Positions 63,804 through 64,000 of a DNA stretch of 64,000 nt are shown here, in pieces. Every line of letters begins with the position of its first letter. Positions within the stretch are counted from its first letter, which is position 1. Source of the stretch: a virus (lineage: Duplodnaviria; Caudoviricetes). Below the pieces are notes generated by a model. That model worked only from the letters and a program-made list of their open reading frames with translations. It searched no databases and had not been told where the DNA came from. A program made the position numbers and the translations under genes. The DNA is taken from IMG/VR virus record IMGVR_UViG_3300036971_000130; one strand, 5' to 3'.

Positions 63804-64000
63804 TCAGGATGCCCGGACGAGCATCTCCATCTCCCGAACTTCGGGATCGCTGAGAATCCTCTCCCGCTGCTCATTGGAGAGCGGGAAGCGGAGAAGATGA
63901 CGAAGAACGATCGGGGACGAATCGCCAGCGAGCAGGTCGTTGATCTTCGGATCGCCACGATCGGCAAGCTCGAAACGGACCATCGGAGACGGGTCGTCGA
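63804..64000 (-). CDS. 3' end of a HEAT/LRV-like repeat protein (partial)
   Basis: DDPSPMVRFELA..LAGDSSPIVLRHL..LSDPEVR..*. Confidence 0.55.
   Translation of the reverse strand, partial: DDPSPMVRFELADRGDPKINDLLAGDSSPIVLRHLLRFPLSNEQRERILSDPEVREMEMLVRAS

Noticed and set aside
1-64000. Calling the element a phage
   Set aside because: The tRNAs and NAD genes are phage-like, but no terminase, portal, capsid or tail gene is recognisable, while T4SS-like and ArdC-like genes are present. Left unresolved.

Overview
High-GC actinobacterial mobile DNA, most likely part of a very large conjugative plasmid or ICE. I saw no host housekeeping operons and no capsid, terminase or tail genes, but a jumbo phage or phage-plasmid cannot be excluded from this window alone. 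From left to right it holds: (1) a tRNA array (5 Leu, 2 Tyr, one aberrant tRNA-like gene); (2) about 22 kb of small accessory genes, many apparently on leaderless transcripts: RyR-domain protein, DNA methylase, AlkB, truncated RtcB, phosphoesterase, lipoproteins, a Prs-Nampt-Nudix NAD operon resembling NARP1, GH16, HNH, ADP-ribosylglycohydrolase and a family of Zn-binding paralogs; (3) an FtsK-like ATPase with an atypical class-3 intein in Walker A, plus ArdC-like, KTSC, vWA, MoxR and SF1 helicase genes; (4) a ~3,470-aa surface protein with 21 SdrD-B repeats; (5) the start of a Gram-positive T4SS-like operon. The most novel signal is regulatory and targeting structure. Three distinct upstream DNA motifs partition the genes. 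One of them (GCC-AATAGT-T) heads only units whose proteins share a short N-terminal R..G(G/x)xF peptide, a candidate sorting tag for transfer or packaging. All functional calls come from motif recognition by eye; no searches were run.
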